A stretch of DNA of 64,000 nucleotides from Clostridiales bacterium (lineage in GTDB: Bacteria > Bacillota > Clostridia > Oscillospirales > CAG-272): the NCBI GenBank assembly GCA_022791685.1, contig JAAVZO010000021.1, forward strand, positions 93,716 through 157,715. Reading direction: 5' to 3'. Below are positions 39,624 through 51,921 of the stretch, in pieces. The position numbers and the translations under genes are program-made. The notes below the pieces were generated by a model. It ran no database searches. It saw nothing but the letters and a program-made list of their open reading frames with translations, and was not told the origin of the DNA. Positions within the stretch are counted from its first letter, which is position 1. Each line of letters opens with the position of its first letter.

Positions 39624-41045
39624 ATGCAGTCCCTTAACGACATATGGGAGCTCGCGGTAAGTGAGCTCGCCAAAAAATACGAAAAATATACTGTCGATCT
39701 CTGGCTTTCATCGCTTGTACTCTGCGATCTTAATGATTCTACAGCGGTATTTATCTGCGACCCCGGACTCAGATATAAAATAGTCACGCAGAAATATCTC
39801 GAGGATATAACCGAAGTACTTGCAAAGGTGATCGGATTTAGAGTTGAGGTAGTAGTGATAAACAAAGAAGACAACCCCGCAGAGTACCTAATGTATGTGC
39901 CAAAGGGTGAGACAGCGCCCGAGCCAGTAAATCTTGCAGATTTTCCACCATCAAAGCCCGCTGAGGATGAAAATTCAGATGGAAGACAAGAAAGACCGCG
40001 CGCCGCACAAAATTGTCAGAACGAATACACCTTTGAGAATTTTGTTGTAGGCAATTCAAACAAGTTCGCGCATGCTGCCTGCGTCGCGGTATCAAACGAC
40101 CCCGCTTGCTCAAGCAACATAGAATCGACCACCTATAATCCGCTGTTCATTTACGGTCCGAGCGGTGTCGGAAAAACGCACCTTCTGTATGCAATTATAA
40201 ATCAGATACGAAATAACCGACCAAAGCTTAAGATAGTATATGTAAAAGGTGAGGAATTCACCAACCAGCTTATCGACTCGATCTCAAAGAAAACTCCCGA
40301 GAAGTTCCGTGAAAAATATCGCACAGCAGATATTCTGCTTATCGACGACATTCAGTTTATTGCCGGACGCGACTCAACTCAGGAGGAGTTTTTCCATACC
40401 TTCAACGCATTGTATGAGGACCATCGCCAGATAATTCTTACCTCCGACCGACCACCAAAGGATATCCAAACGCTGGAGGACCGTTTGAAAACAAGGTTTG
40501 AGTGGGGTATAACCGCAGATATACAGCCGCCGGATGCTGATCTTCGAGCTGCTATTCTCAAAAAGAAGGCTGGAGAAATGAATATCCAGCTTTCAAACGA
40601 TGTGGTCAACTTCCTTGCCGAAAATCTCAAGAGCAATATCCGTCAACTTGAAGGAGCGATCAAAAAGCTCGGTGCAATGAGTCTCTTGACCGGTGTGCCA
40701 ATTACAATTGAGGTGGCAAAAGCTTCGCTTTCCGACCTTATAACAGGAGGAGAGCCAGTAAGTGTGACAGTCGACCGGATCCTTGACCGTGTAGCGAAAA
40801 AATACGGTGTGCTTGTTGAAGATATGAAGGGCACTAAGCGAACAAAGGAGATTGCATATGCCCGTCATGTGTCTATCTATTTGATCAGACGGCTGACCGA
40901 TAGATCACTTCCACAGATAGGAAAGATTTTTAATCGAGATCACACTACTATAATTTCATCGCTTAAAACTATTGAGAAAGAGCTTGGTTCAAACCCGCTC
41001 ACTGAGATCGAGGTAAACGACCTTGAAAAGGAAATAAAGGGTTGA
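39624..41045 (+). CDS. dnaA: Chromosomal replication initiator DnaA
   Basis: YTFENFVVG, YNPLFIYGPSGVGKTHLL, LIDDIQF, RDHTTI. Confidence 0.99.
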   Translation: MQSLNDIWELAVSELAKKYEKYTVDLWLSSLVLCDLNDSTAVFICDPGLRYKIVTQKYLEDITEVLAKVIGFRVEVVVINKEDNPAEYLMYVPKGETAPEPVNLADFPPSKPAEDENSDGRQERPRAAQNCQNEYTFENFVVGNSNKFAHAACVAVSNDPACSSNIESTTYNPLFIYGPSGVGKTHLLYAIINQIRNNRPKLKIVYVKGEEFTNQLIDSISKKTPEKFREKYRTADILLIDDIQFIAGRDSTQEEFFHTFNALYEDHRQIILTSDRPPKDIQTLEDRLKTRFEWGITADIQPPDADLRAAILKKKAGEMNIQLSNDVVNFLAENLKSNIRQLEGAIKKLGAMSLLTGVPITIEVAKASLSDLITGGEPVSVTVDRILDRVAKKYGVLVEDMKGTKRTKEIAYARHVSIYLIRRLTDRSLPQIGKIFNRDHTTIISSLKTIEKELGSNPLTEIEVNDLEKEIKG

Positions 41046-41059
41046 GAAGAAGCAACTGA

Positions 41060-41660
41060 GTGAATTTCCAACATGGTTTTAATATTATATCCACAAGTTT
41101 TCCACAGGCTGTTACAAAAAGTGTGGAAACTTTAATAAAACCTGACGGAATGTGCATTTTTTCAGGATTTTCCGGATAGAAAAATTAAAATCACATGCTA
41201 TTGATAACTATCTTTTTTCTTTTACTCTATACTGTTTGCCAACAATTAAACTGCCAACAGCTTCAACAGCAGTATAAAACATCCTGCTGAGTTATAAACA
41301 GCACTGTCAACATCGTAACAGGATGATTTCCACATTTGTCCACAAGAGGACTAAAATATATCAACAAGTTTAAGCTACTGCAAAAATATCCCCAGAGATT
41401 CCACGATATTGTAACAGGCACATGAAAATTAAAAACTCTGAAAAATCCAGTAAACAAACCATTTTTCGGAATTTCCACAGTTTGAACATAGCCTACTACT
41501 ACGACTACTAATTTATATCTTAATTTTATTGTTTTTAATTTATTTAGTTTTAGCTTTTTTGAAAATTAAAATTGCAATTATTACAATATCTGTTGATAAC
41601 CTGCTTTTTAATCTTTGATACCTTCTTTAATAAATTAAACATACTTATTAAATCATTTAA
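41060..41660. other. Replication origin oriC (DnaA boxes, DnaA-trios, AT-rich unwinding element)
   Basis: Boxes e.g. ATATCCACA 41087, TTTTCCACA 41098, TGTGGAAAC 41122, ATTTCCACA 41471; trios CTACTACTACGACTACTA 41493-41510; AT-rich tract follows. Confidence 0.9.
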
Positions 41661-41684
41661 TAAAAATCGGAGAACTGATCTACA

Positions 41685-42827
41685 ATGAAGATTAACTTTA
41701 ATCAATCAAGCCTTGTCGAAGCAATCTCAACTGCTCTTCCCTGCGTTTCAGGAAAAAGCACAATCGCTTCTGTTGAAGGTGTTTTAATCGACTGCACAGG
41801 TGAAAATGCAGTAATAGTTGCATATGACCTTGAAAAAGGAATACGAATAGAATTCGATGCTGAGATAATTGAAGCAGGTGCCTGCATAATCAATGCTCAA
41901 AGTCTTAATTCGATCATCCGCCTTATGCCTACAGGTCAAATACTATTAGAAGTCAATGAAACATGGAGAGCAAAGCTCTCAAGCGGAAACAGTGAATTTG
42001 AAATAAATGCGATGAGCCCACGCGAATATCCCACACTGCCTGATATTTCTAACCGAAAAGGATTTAATATCAAACAGGCTGATATGCGAAATATGATCTC
42101 GCAAACTTTATTCGCAGTTGCACAAAATGACGGCAGACCCACATTCAATGGCGCACTTTTCAAGCTGGAAGGCAACCGGATAACAACTGTAGGATGTGAT
42201 ACCTTCAGACTTGCTATCCGCGAAAAAGTATGCGAGCTCGAAAATACCTCTGACGAAGAACTGAACACCTCCTTCATAGTTCCGGGAAGAACACTCAGTG
42301 AAGTGCTGAAACTTTTGAATGAGCCGGAGGAAATGGTAAGCATAAATATTAGCAGAAAACAGGTAATATTCCGCTTTGATAAGAAGAATATCGTTTTCTT
42401 CAGCCGTTTGATCGAAGGCGAATACATCGATTATGAGCGCATAATCCCTAAAAACAGTAAGATCTTCGTTAATATCGACACCGAAAGCTTCCAGCGTGCA
42501 CTTGAAAGAGCATCAGTCGTTACCGATGAAGCAGCAGGAAAAAATAAATCCTCTGCTCGCTGCCATTTTTATGACAACCGTCTCGAAATTACGTCAGTAT
42601 CAGCTAACGGCAAGGTTCGCGATGAAGTAGCGACGAGCCATGAAGGTGATGAGATCGAGATCGGCTTCAACTGCCGCTATTTAACAGAAGCGCTTAAAGC
42701 TTCTCAATGTGAAAAATTAAAGCTCTCAATGTCGACACCGTATATCAGTATGATCATTGAGCCGCTTGAAGCTGACCCGAACGACCATTTCACATTCCTT
42801 GTACTGCCGTTTAAAATGCTCAAATGA
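41685..42827 (+). CDS. dnaN: DNA polymerase III beta clamp
   Basis: GCDTFRLA, SRLIEGEYIDYERIIP, IGFNCRYL; follows dnaA. Confidence 0.96.
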   Translation: MKINFNQSSLVEAISTALPCVSGKSTIASVEGVLIDCTGENAVIVAYDLEKGIRIEFDAEIIEAGACIINAQSLNSIIRLMPTGQILLEVNETWRAKLSSGNSEFEINAMSPREYPTLPDISNRKGFNIKQADMRNMISQTLFAVAQNDGRPTFNGALFKLEGNRITTVGCDTFRLAIREKVCELENTSDEELNTSFIVPGRTLSEVLKLLNEPEEMVSINISRKQVIFRFDKKNIVFFSRLIEGEYIDYERIIPKNSKIFVNIDTESFQRALERASVVTDEAAGKNKSSARCHFYDNRLEITSVSANGKVRDEVATSHEGDEIEIGFNCRYLTEALKASQCEKLKLSMSTPYISMIIEPLEADPNDHFTFLVLPFKMLK

Positions 42828-43948
42828 TCGCGCAAAAGATTAAATTTAATGATTTCAGAAATATTGCCGCAGCAGATATCCCTCTCTCCCCAGGAGTGAA
42901 CGTTTTCCTCGGAAATAATGCTCAGGGAAAGACAAACGCGCTTGAGGGGATTTACCTGCTTGCATCGGGAAAAAGCTTCCGGACTTCTCACGAACGCGAG
43001 ATGGTAAGGTTTGGACAGCCGTTTTTTGAAGTATCGCTCGATATGAAAGATATACGGCGCGAACAAAACATTAAATTTAAGATTTATTCAAGCGAGAGCG
43101 CAAAACGACGAGAGTGTATTAAAAACGGCGTGTCTATATCAAGGATCGCTGATTTAATTGGCGTATTCCGTGCAGTGCTGTTCTGTCCGGAACACTTGGC
43201 GATAGTCAAAGCCGGGCCGGCAGAGCGGCGCAGTTTTATGGATATTGCTCTCTGTCAGCTTCATCCGCTATATCTCAGCGCACTTCAGCGTCACAATAAA
43301 ATTTTAACTCAGCGCAATGCTCTATTAAAACAGCTTGCCGATGGAGTAGGTTCTCCGGAACTGCTTGAAATATATTCAGAGCAGCTCGCTCGCGAATGTG
43401 CTCAGATATATCGCCAGAGGCTTTCATACATTGATCGGCTCGATGAATACATGAAACGCTTCTTTGACGAGCTCGGTGAAGTGTCAATACACGGCGAAAC
43501 TCCATCTCTCGGTTATAAGAACAGCATTAAAACTGCAGAGAAGCTGAGTGAGACAGACGCATTCAATTTGTACTTCAAGGCATTAACATCGAACACGGCG
43601 CGCGAGATCGCCGCAGGAGCGTCTTTATATGGCTCTCACAAGGATGACATCGAGATCATGCTTGATGGCTGTGAGGCGCGTCTGTACGCTTCTCAGGGGC
43701 AGCAGCGTTCACTTGCGCTTGCAATGAAGCTTGGAGAGGGCGAGATATCGATGGAGTGCAGCGGCGAATACCCGGTGTTTTTATTTGATGATGTGCTCTC
43801 AGAGCTTGATTCACAGCGTCAGAGTTTTCTCTTATCAAGGCTCGGAAATCGTCAGGTCATAATGACAGCCTGCAATCCGACTCCATATACAGGCGATGTA
43901 AATTTCATAAATGTGAGCGGCGGCGTTTATACTGCCGTAGGTCAGTAG
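42824..43948 (+). CDS. recF: DNA replication/repair protein RecF
   Basis: FRN, GNNAQGKTN, SQGQQRS, DDVLSELD. Confidence 0.97.
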   Translation: MIAQKIKFNDFRNIAAADIPLSPGVNVFLGNNAQGKTNALEGIYLLASGKSFRTSHEREMVRFGQPFFEVSLDMKDIRREQNIKFKIYSSESAKRRECIKNGVSISRIADLIGVFRAVLFCPEHLAIVKAGPAERRSFMDIALCQLHPLYLSALQRHNKILTQRNALLKQLADGVGSPELLEIYSEQLARECAQIYRQRLSYIDRLDEYMKRFFDELGEVSIHGETPSLGYKNSIKTAEKLSETDAFNLYFKALTSNTAREIAAGASLYGSHKDDIEIMLDGCEARLYASQGQQRSLALAMKLGEGEISMECSGEYPVFLFDDVLSELDSQRQSFLLSRLGNRQVIMTACNPTPYTGDVNFINVSGGVYTAVGQ

Positions 43949-43957
43949 GGGGAAGCT

Positions 43958-44215
43958 ATGTACATCCACGCCGGAAACAACCGCATAATCCGTACCCGCG
44001 ATATAATCGGCATATTTGATATGGATACCGCAACTATGACTCAGTCAACACGGGATTATCTCAGAAATGCTGAGCGAGACGGACGTATGATAAACATAAA
44101 GGAGGATATACCAAAGTCCTTCATAGTCACTAAAAATCAGTCGGGCGACGAGCATGTATATGTATCGCAGATATCGACGGGAGCACTTTTAGGCAGACTT
44201 AACAGCGAAATATAA
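43958..44215 (+). CDS. remB: DUF370 / RemB (YaaB) family protein
   Basis: MYIHAG..IIGIFD..PKSFI..SQIS; between recF and gyrB. Confidence 0.85.
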   Translation: MYIHAGNNRIIRTRDIIGIFDMDTATMTQSTRDYLRNAERDGRMINIKEDIPKSFIVTKNQSGDEHVYVSQISTGALLGRLNSEI

Positions 44216-44291
44216 CTTAAACTTGGAAAGGACGCACGAAATAAATAGGCGATGATTTGCCTGTTTATTTCGGCGATTGTGATTATTTTAA

Positions 44292-46292
<2,001 letters not shown>

Positions 46293-46296
46293 CAAT

Positions 46297-46507
46297 TTAT
46301 CTACATGGATCTGCATTGTTAATTTTAATTTCCACATGGTTATCAATACAGTGTTGAAAAGTTGTTGCTAAAAACTTGAATGCTGATTTGATTAAATTTA
46401 ATTATTTCTGATTACATGCGAATTTTTAAACTGTTGAATTGATGATTTGAGTTTTCCACAACTATGTGAACAATCTTGTGGAAAAGTGTACAGAAAGCTG
46501 TTGAAAT
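46297..46507. promoter_or_regulatory. DnaA-box cluster between gyrB and gyrA
   Basis: TTATCTACA 46297, ATTTCCACA 46328, TGTTGAAAA 46352, TTTTCCACA 46452, TGTGAACAA 46465, TGTGGAAAA 46477. Confidence 0.7.
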
Positions 46508-46715
46508 ACCATTGACATGAGATCGGCTGTTGATATTTTTATTACAGTGCCGATTCTCATATCCGAATAGTGAAAAATCTGAAAAATTTATTTTTCAGAT
46601 CAACTTTTGTGACCCTATTGCGGTCATTGACCGCAATTTGGCTTCGCCAACCGAGCCCCAAAAGGGCAGAAAGGAAGCTTTCGCTGTAGCGAAAGCTATG
46701 GTTATATTTATATAA

Positions 46716-49262
46716 ATGGAACACAAGGATAAATCGGAAAATCTTGAGTTTCCGAATCAAAAAATCGTAGGCGTTGAAATGCGCAAAGAGGTCGAGAGCT
46801 CATTTATCGCATATTCGATGAGCGTTATTATGTCCCGTGCGCTGCCTGATGTCCGCGATGGTCTCAAGCCGGTACATCGCCGTATCCTATATGCGATGTA
46901 CGAGGACCACCTTACCTACGACAAGCCATTCCGTAAGTCGGCGACTACCGTCGGTAACGTGCTCGGTCGATATCATCCGCACGGCGATACTGCCGTTTAC
47001 GACACGATGGTTCGTCTGGCTCAGCCCTTCTCGCTGCGCTACCCTCTCGTAGAAGGTCACGGTAACTTCGGTTCGGTCGACGGCGACCCGGCTGCTGCTT
47101 ACCGTTATACTGAGGCGAGACTTGCACGCTTCGCAAACGAAATGATGTCGGATATCGACAAGGACGTTGTAGATTTTTCACCTAACTTCGATAATCGTTT
47201 GAAGGAACCCGTAGTTCTCCCGTCGAGATTTCCAAATCTGCTTGTCAACGGCTCTATCGGTATTGCGGTCGGTATGGCGACATACATCCCGCCGCACAAT
47301 CTTGGCGAGGTCATCGACGGTACGATATATCAGATGGATCATCCTGACTGCACTGTCAAGGACCTTATGCAGTTTATCAAGGGTCCGGACTTCCCGACCT
47401 GCGCAACGCTATACGGTTCGAACGGTATATACGAGGCTTATTCGACTGGACGCGGACGCGTCATGGTTCGTTCGAAGTGTACTATCGAGGAAGAGAAGCA
47501 CCGCATAATCGTTACAGAGATCCCATATCAGGTCAACAAGAGTATGCTTGTTGAGTCTATGGCCGGCATGGTCAAGGATAAGCGCATTGAGGGCATTACC
47601 GATATCCGCGATGAATCCGGACGTGACGGTATGCGTATCGTTATCGAATACCGCCGCGACGCTAACGGTCAGGTAATACTGAATCAGCTGTATAAGTATA
47701 CTCAGCTTCAAGATACCTGTGCATTCAATATGGTCGCGCTTGTAGACAACGTTCCGAAGATACTTAGCCTGAAGGAGATACTCAAGCACTACATCGACCA
47801 TCAGGAGAGTGTTATCACACGCCGTGTTAAGTTTGAGCTTGAAAAAGCTAAGCGTGAGGCTCATATATATGAAGGCTTGAAGATCGCTATCGATAATATC
47901 GACGAGGTCATCGCGATCATTAAGAGCTCATCATCGATACCAGATTCGAAGTCGCGCTTGATGGAGCGCTTCGGATTGTCAGATGTACAGGCTCAGGCTA
48001 TTGTCGATATGACGCTTGGCCGTCTTTCCGGACTCGAAAGACAGAAGGTTGAAGAAAGACTTGCAAAGCTGTATGAGACCATAAAGGAGCTCAGCGAGAT
48101 ATTAGCGGACGAGGGCAAGATAAAGGATATAATCAAGACCGAAATGCTTGCGATAAAAGAAAAGTTTGCAGACCCGCGCCGTACTGAGCTGGTCGCAGCT
48201 GAGGACGATATCGTATATGAGGATCTTATCGACCGTCATACCTGTGTTATCACAATGACTCATGCTGGATATATCAAGCGTCAGCCGGCTGATACCTATT
48301 CGGTACAGAAGCGCGGTGGTAAGGGTATAATCGGTATGTCGACCAAAGAGGAGGATTATGTCGAGGATGTGATTGCCGCGAACAGTCACTCACTCATTAT
48401 GATGTTCACTAACACCGGTAAGGTACACACGCGCAAGGCTTATCAGATACCTGAGGCTGGACGAACTGCAAAGGGCTCAAATATTATCAATATTCTTGAG
48501 CTTGAAGCAGGGGAGAAGGTGACGGCGGTAATCTCTGTTCCGGGCTTTACTGAGAACGAGTACCTGTTCATGGTCACAAAGAACGGCGTTGTCAAAAAAA
48601 CGCTGCTTACTGAGTTTGAATATCAGCGCAAAGGCGGTAAGATCGCGATATCTCTTGACGACGGCGACGAGCTCGTATATGTTAAGCATACTACAGGTGA
48701 CGATGGGATCATTGTTGCAACACACGAGGGTATGTCGGCTCGATTCAGCGAGAATGATGTCCGTCCTATGGGACGTAATGCACGCGGTGTAAAGGGAATC
48801 ACACTTGCGGATGGAGACTATGTAGTTGGATGTGCGCTTATCAGCGAGGATACGTCGCTTCTCACAATAACTGAGGGTGGATTTGGCAAACGCTGCGAGT
48901 TTGATAATTTCTCAGCTCATAATCGCGGAGTCAAAGGCGTAATGTGTCATGGTATCAGCGAACGCACTGGAAAGCTTGCAGGAATTGCGTCGGTAAGCGA
49001 GAGCGACGATATACTAATGATCACTAACGACGGCACTATTGTGCGCACCGCAGTATCGGGAATCCCGTTCTATGGACGTTCAGCAGGCGGAGTTATTGTA
49101 ATGCGTCTGTCAGAGGGGGCGTCGCTTGTGAACTTCACAAAGGTTGCTGCTGAGGATGAAAATGAAGATATCGTTGAATCTGATGAGAATGACGAGGCAG
49201 AGAACAATATAGCAGATGAAGTCAGCGATGGAGAGGGCGAAATCATTTCTGACGAGGAGTAA
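46716..49262 (+). CDS. gyrA: DNA gyrase subunit A
   Basis: [29 protein letters not shown], GyrA-box QKRGGKG, acidic tail. Confidence 0.98.
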   Translation: MEHKDKSENLEFPNQKIVGVEMRKEVESSFIAYSMSVIMSRALPDVRDGLKPVHRRILYAMYEDHLTYDKPFRKSATTVGNVLGRYHPHGDTAVYDTMVRLAQPFSLRYPLVEGHGNFGSVDGDPAAAYRYTEARLARFANEMMSDIDKDVVDFSPNFDNRLKEPVVLPSRFPNLLVNGSIGIAVGMATYIPPHNLGEVIDGTIYQMDHPDCTVKDLMQFIKGPDFPTCATLYGSNGIYEAYSTGRGRVMVRSKCTIEEEKHRIIVTEIPYQVNKSMLVESMAGMVKDKRIEGITDIRDESGRDGMRIVIEYRRDANGQVILNQLYKYTQLQDTCAFNMVALVDNVPKILSLKEILKHYIDHQESVITRRVKFELEKAKREAHIYEGLKIAIDNIDEVIAIIKSSSSIPDSKSRLMERFGLSDVQAQAIVDMTLGRLSGLERQKVEERLAKLYETIKELSEILADEGKIKDIIKTEMLAIKEKFADPRRTELVAAEDDIVYEDLIDRHTCVITMTHAGYIKRQPADTYSVQKRGGKGIIGMSTKEEDYVEDVIAANSHSLIMMFTNTGKVHTRKAYQIPEAGRTAKGSNIINILELEAGEKVTAVISVPGFTENEYLFMVTKNGVVKKTLLTEFEYQRKGGKIAISLDDGDELVYVKHTTGDDGIIVATHEGMSARFSENDVRPMGRNARGVKGITLADGDYVVGCALISEDTSLLTITEGGFGKRCEFDNFSAHNRGVKGVMCHGISERTGKLAGIASVSESDDILMITNDGTIVRTAVSGIPFYGRSAGGVIVMRLSEGASLVNFTKVAAEDENEDIVESDENDEAENNIADEVSDGEGEIISDEE

Positions 49263-49267
49263 GATTT

Positions 49268-49816
49268 ATGAAGCGTTTTATTGCGTTCATTCTTATTTTA
49301 GCACTTGGAGTTATGTTTGTTTCATGCGGTTCGACGGGCGATTCAGCTGAATTACTCAATGCTTTCAAGGACCTTGTCCCGAAGGCGAGTGAGCTGTATA
49401 AAATTGTATATGACGACGTATTGCCGCATGGTGAGGAGTCACAGATAGAGGGATATTATAGAATATCGGAGGATTCAGAATATCAGTCGATAGCCGAGAT
49501 AAAGTCGGCTATCGGTGAGGTATTTTCGAACGGATATGCGAAAATACTTTATAATACGGCGTTTAACGGCGTTGCAGTAGCGGAAGGCTCGATAAATGCT
49601 AAGTATATGGAGCTTGACGGACATCTGTATGTAAATCCTGAAGCTACGAGCGATTTCGGAAAGCCTCGCGAGTTTGATATATCAAGCGTTCGTGTGGTCA
49701 AGCAGAATCGATTCAAGGCGATAGTTGCCGTGAATGTAGCTGGAAGCGACGAGGTCCTCGAGGTGACTATGCAGAAGGAAAAAGGTCAGTGGAAGCTTGA
49801 CAGCGCGGTTTATTAG
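49268..49816 (+). CDS. Lipoprotein, possibly IseA-like (DL-endopeptidase inhibitor)
   Basis: Lipobox FVSC; Y.ELDGHLY and KE.GQWKLD resemble IseA-like proteins (from memory). Confidence 0.6.
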   Translation: MKRFIAFILILALGVMFVSCGSTGDSAELLNAFKDLVPKASELYKIVYDDVLPHGEESQIEGYYRISEDSEYQSIAEIKSAIGEVFSNGYAKILYNTAFNGVAVAEGSINAKYMELDGHLYVNPEATSDFGKPREFDISSVRVVKQNRFKAIVAVNVAGSDEVLEVTMQKEKGQWKLDSAVY

Positions 49817-49943
49817 ACGTGTTCGATAACCTTTCAATTTAATTTTTAAAATCCTAATTTCATCAGCATTTTAAAAATCTTAGGTTATCGAACAAGTCTA
49901 TTGAGTTTTGCAGCAGAAATTTTTAGTTTTTTTGAAAAACCGC

Positions 49944-50014
49944 TTGCATTTTCCTTTGAGATGTTGTATAATAGTATAAAGAAAATATGTTCGCGGAATT
50001 TGAGACATACGTTC
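49944..50014 (+). promoter_or_regulatory. recA promoter with putative LexA boxes
   Basis: TTGCAT-17-TATAAT (49944-49972); GAAA-ATAT-GTTC (49981) and AGAC-ATAC-GTTC (50003) versus Firmicute GAAC-N4-GTTC. Confidence 0.65.
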
Positions 50015-50042
50015 CGTAAAATAGATATATGGAGAATTTATT

Positions 50043-51200
50043 ATGAAATCAAATAAACAAACTAAGCCTGTTCCGGTGCAGATAACCGATGCTGAAGAGA
50101 GAAAAAAAGCGATCGCGGGTGCCATCGGTCAGATCGAAAAGAACTACGGCAAAGGCTCTATTATGCGTATGGGTGAAGCGCCTGAACTTGAAGTGAGTGC
50201 TATTTCCACTGGCTCGCTTACACTCGACCTTGCGCTTGGAATCGGAGGTGTTCCGCGCGGACGTATCGTTGAAATATATGGTCCGGAATCTTCGGGTAAA
50301 ACGACAGTCGCACTGCACGTTGTAGCTGAGACTCAGAAGGCGGGCGGAGAGGCAGCTTACATAGACGTAGAAAACGCGCTTGACCCTGTTTATGCTAAAG
50401 CGCTCGGTGTTGATATCGACAAGCTGTTAGTATCTCAGCCGTCGAGCGGTGAGCAGGCACTCGATATCGCAGAGGCTCTTATTCGCTCTGGTGCTATCGA
50501 CGTTGTTATAGTCGACTCGGTAGCGGCACTTGTCACTCAGCAGGAAATTGAGGGTGACATGGCTGCATCCCACGTTGGTATGCAGGCAAGACTTATGTCT
50601 CAGGCGCTGAAGAAACTGTCTAATGCAGTATCGAAGACGAATTGCGTTATTATCTTTATCAACCAGCTGCGTGAGAAAATCGGTGTTATGTACGGTAATC
50701 CCGAAACGACTCCCGGCGGACGTGCGCTCAAATTCTATGCGTCGGTTCGAATCGACATACGCCGTGCGGAACAGCTCAAAGAAGGCAACGAAATATACGG
50801 TAACCACATCAAGTGTAAGATCGTAAAGAATAAGGTCGCGCCTCCGTTTAAGACGGCAGAATTTGATATTATCTACGGAGAGGGTATCGCACGCTCGGGC
50901 GAAATTGTAAATATCGGTATTGAGCTTGATATTATTGCAAAGAGCGGTTCGTGGTTCTCATATAACGGACAGCGTATAGCGCAGGGTAAAGAGAATACCC
51001 GCAAATACCTTGAATCAAATCCTGAGCTGCTTGAAGAAATTGCAGAAAAAATCAAAGCTAAGCGTGATGATGTTGAGCAAATGCTTGCTAAGGATTACGG
51101 AGAGACAGGCGGTGACGTTGAGGAAGACGATATCGATCCGGATGATGAGGAGCTCGATATCCGCATTCTCGAGACCGACGACTCTGCGTCCGACGAGTAA
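50043..51200 (+). CDS. recA: Recombinase A
   Basis: [40 protein letters not shown]. Confidence 0.99.
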   Translation: MKSNKQTKPVPVQITDAEERKKAIAGAIGQIEKNYGKGSIMRMGEAPELEVSAISTGSLTLDLALGIGGVPRGRIVEIYGPESSGKTTVALHVVAETQKAGGEAAYIDVENALDPVYAKALGVDIDKLLVSQPSSGEQALDIAEALIRSGAIDVVIVDSVAALVTQQEIEGDMAASHVGMQARLMSQALKKLSNAVSKTNCVIIFINQLREKIGVMYGNPETTPGGRALKFYASVRIDIRRAEQLKEGNEIYGNHIKCKIVKNKVAPPFKTAEFDIIYGEGIARSGEIVNIGIELDIIAKSGSWFSYNGQRIAQGKENTRKYLESNPELLEEIAEKIKAKRDDVEQMLAKDYGETGGDVEEDDIDPDDEELDIRILETDDSASDE

Positions 51201-51898
51201 TGCCGGAGATACATATTTCGATAGTCGGACTAAAGCCGCGTAATATGGGCGATGAGGTCGAGCTTGGAATAAAAATCGATGCAGTAAACAATAGTACGGT
51301 GATGAACAGTGAGAGCCGGATATTTACTATAGCGTCTCAAATGCTGTTTGAAATCGGAAATATCGGAGTGAACGTGCTTCCATATGAGCTTACACCGGAG
51401 CAGTTTGATTCCCTTGAGTACAGCGCCAGACTTTGGGAAGTCGTAAAGAAGGGGCTCGACCTTCTATCATATGGCGACAATACACGTCGGCAGCTTGAAA
51501 CCAAGCTGCGCAGCCGTGGCTTTGATATTGAACTATGCGCTGAAGCAGCGGATTATATTGCCAATAACGGCTATATTGACGAGGAACGGATGATAGAGCA
51601 GTATTTCAGGCAGCTTGCTGAGAAAAAGCTGTACGGTCCGTCGCGGATTCGTCAGGAGATAATGCGCAAGGGCTTTTCACGTGATGTAGTATCAGATAAG
51701 CTCAGTGAGCTTATCGATGAGTTCGATTTTTATGAAAATCTGCGTGATATTGTCGAAAGAAAGTTCGATTTTTCCCATGCCAACGGCAATACCGCTGACG
51801 ACAGAAAATACCGTGAATCCTTCATTGCATCAATGTTTCGTCTCGGATACTCACCGTCAGATGTGCGTCAGGTCATACGTGATTTGTCGGAAGAATAA
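51200..51898 (+). CDS. recX: Regulatory protein RecX
   Basis: Overlaps recA stop; L..KLR.RGF, GYIDE, YGPSRI.QE..RKG, RLGY. Confidence 0.88.
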   Translation: MPEIHISIVGLKPRNMGDEVELGIKIDAVNNSTVMNSESRIFTIASQMLFEIGNIGVNVLPYELTPEQFDSLEYSARLWEVVKKGLDLLSYGDNTRRQLETKLRSRGFDIELCAEAADYIANNGYIDEERMIEQYFRQLAEKKLYGPSRIRQEIMRKGFSRDVVSDKLSELIDEFDFYENLRDIVERKFDFSHANGNTADDRKYRESFIASMFRLGYSPSDVRQVIRDLSEE

Positions 51899-51921
51899 AT
51901 TTATATTAGGTGATTTATTAT

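Noticed and set aside
51674-51690. parS-like TTTCACGTGA in recX
   Set aside because: Only the core matches; outer arms are absent
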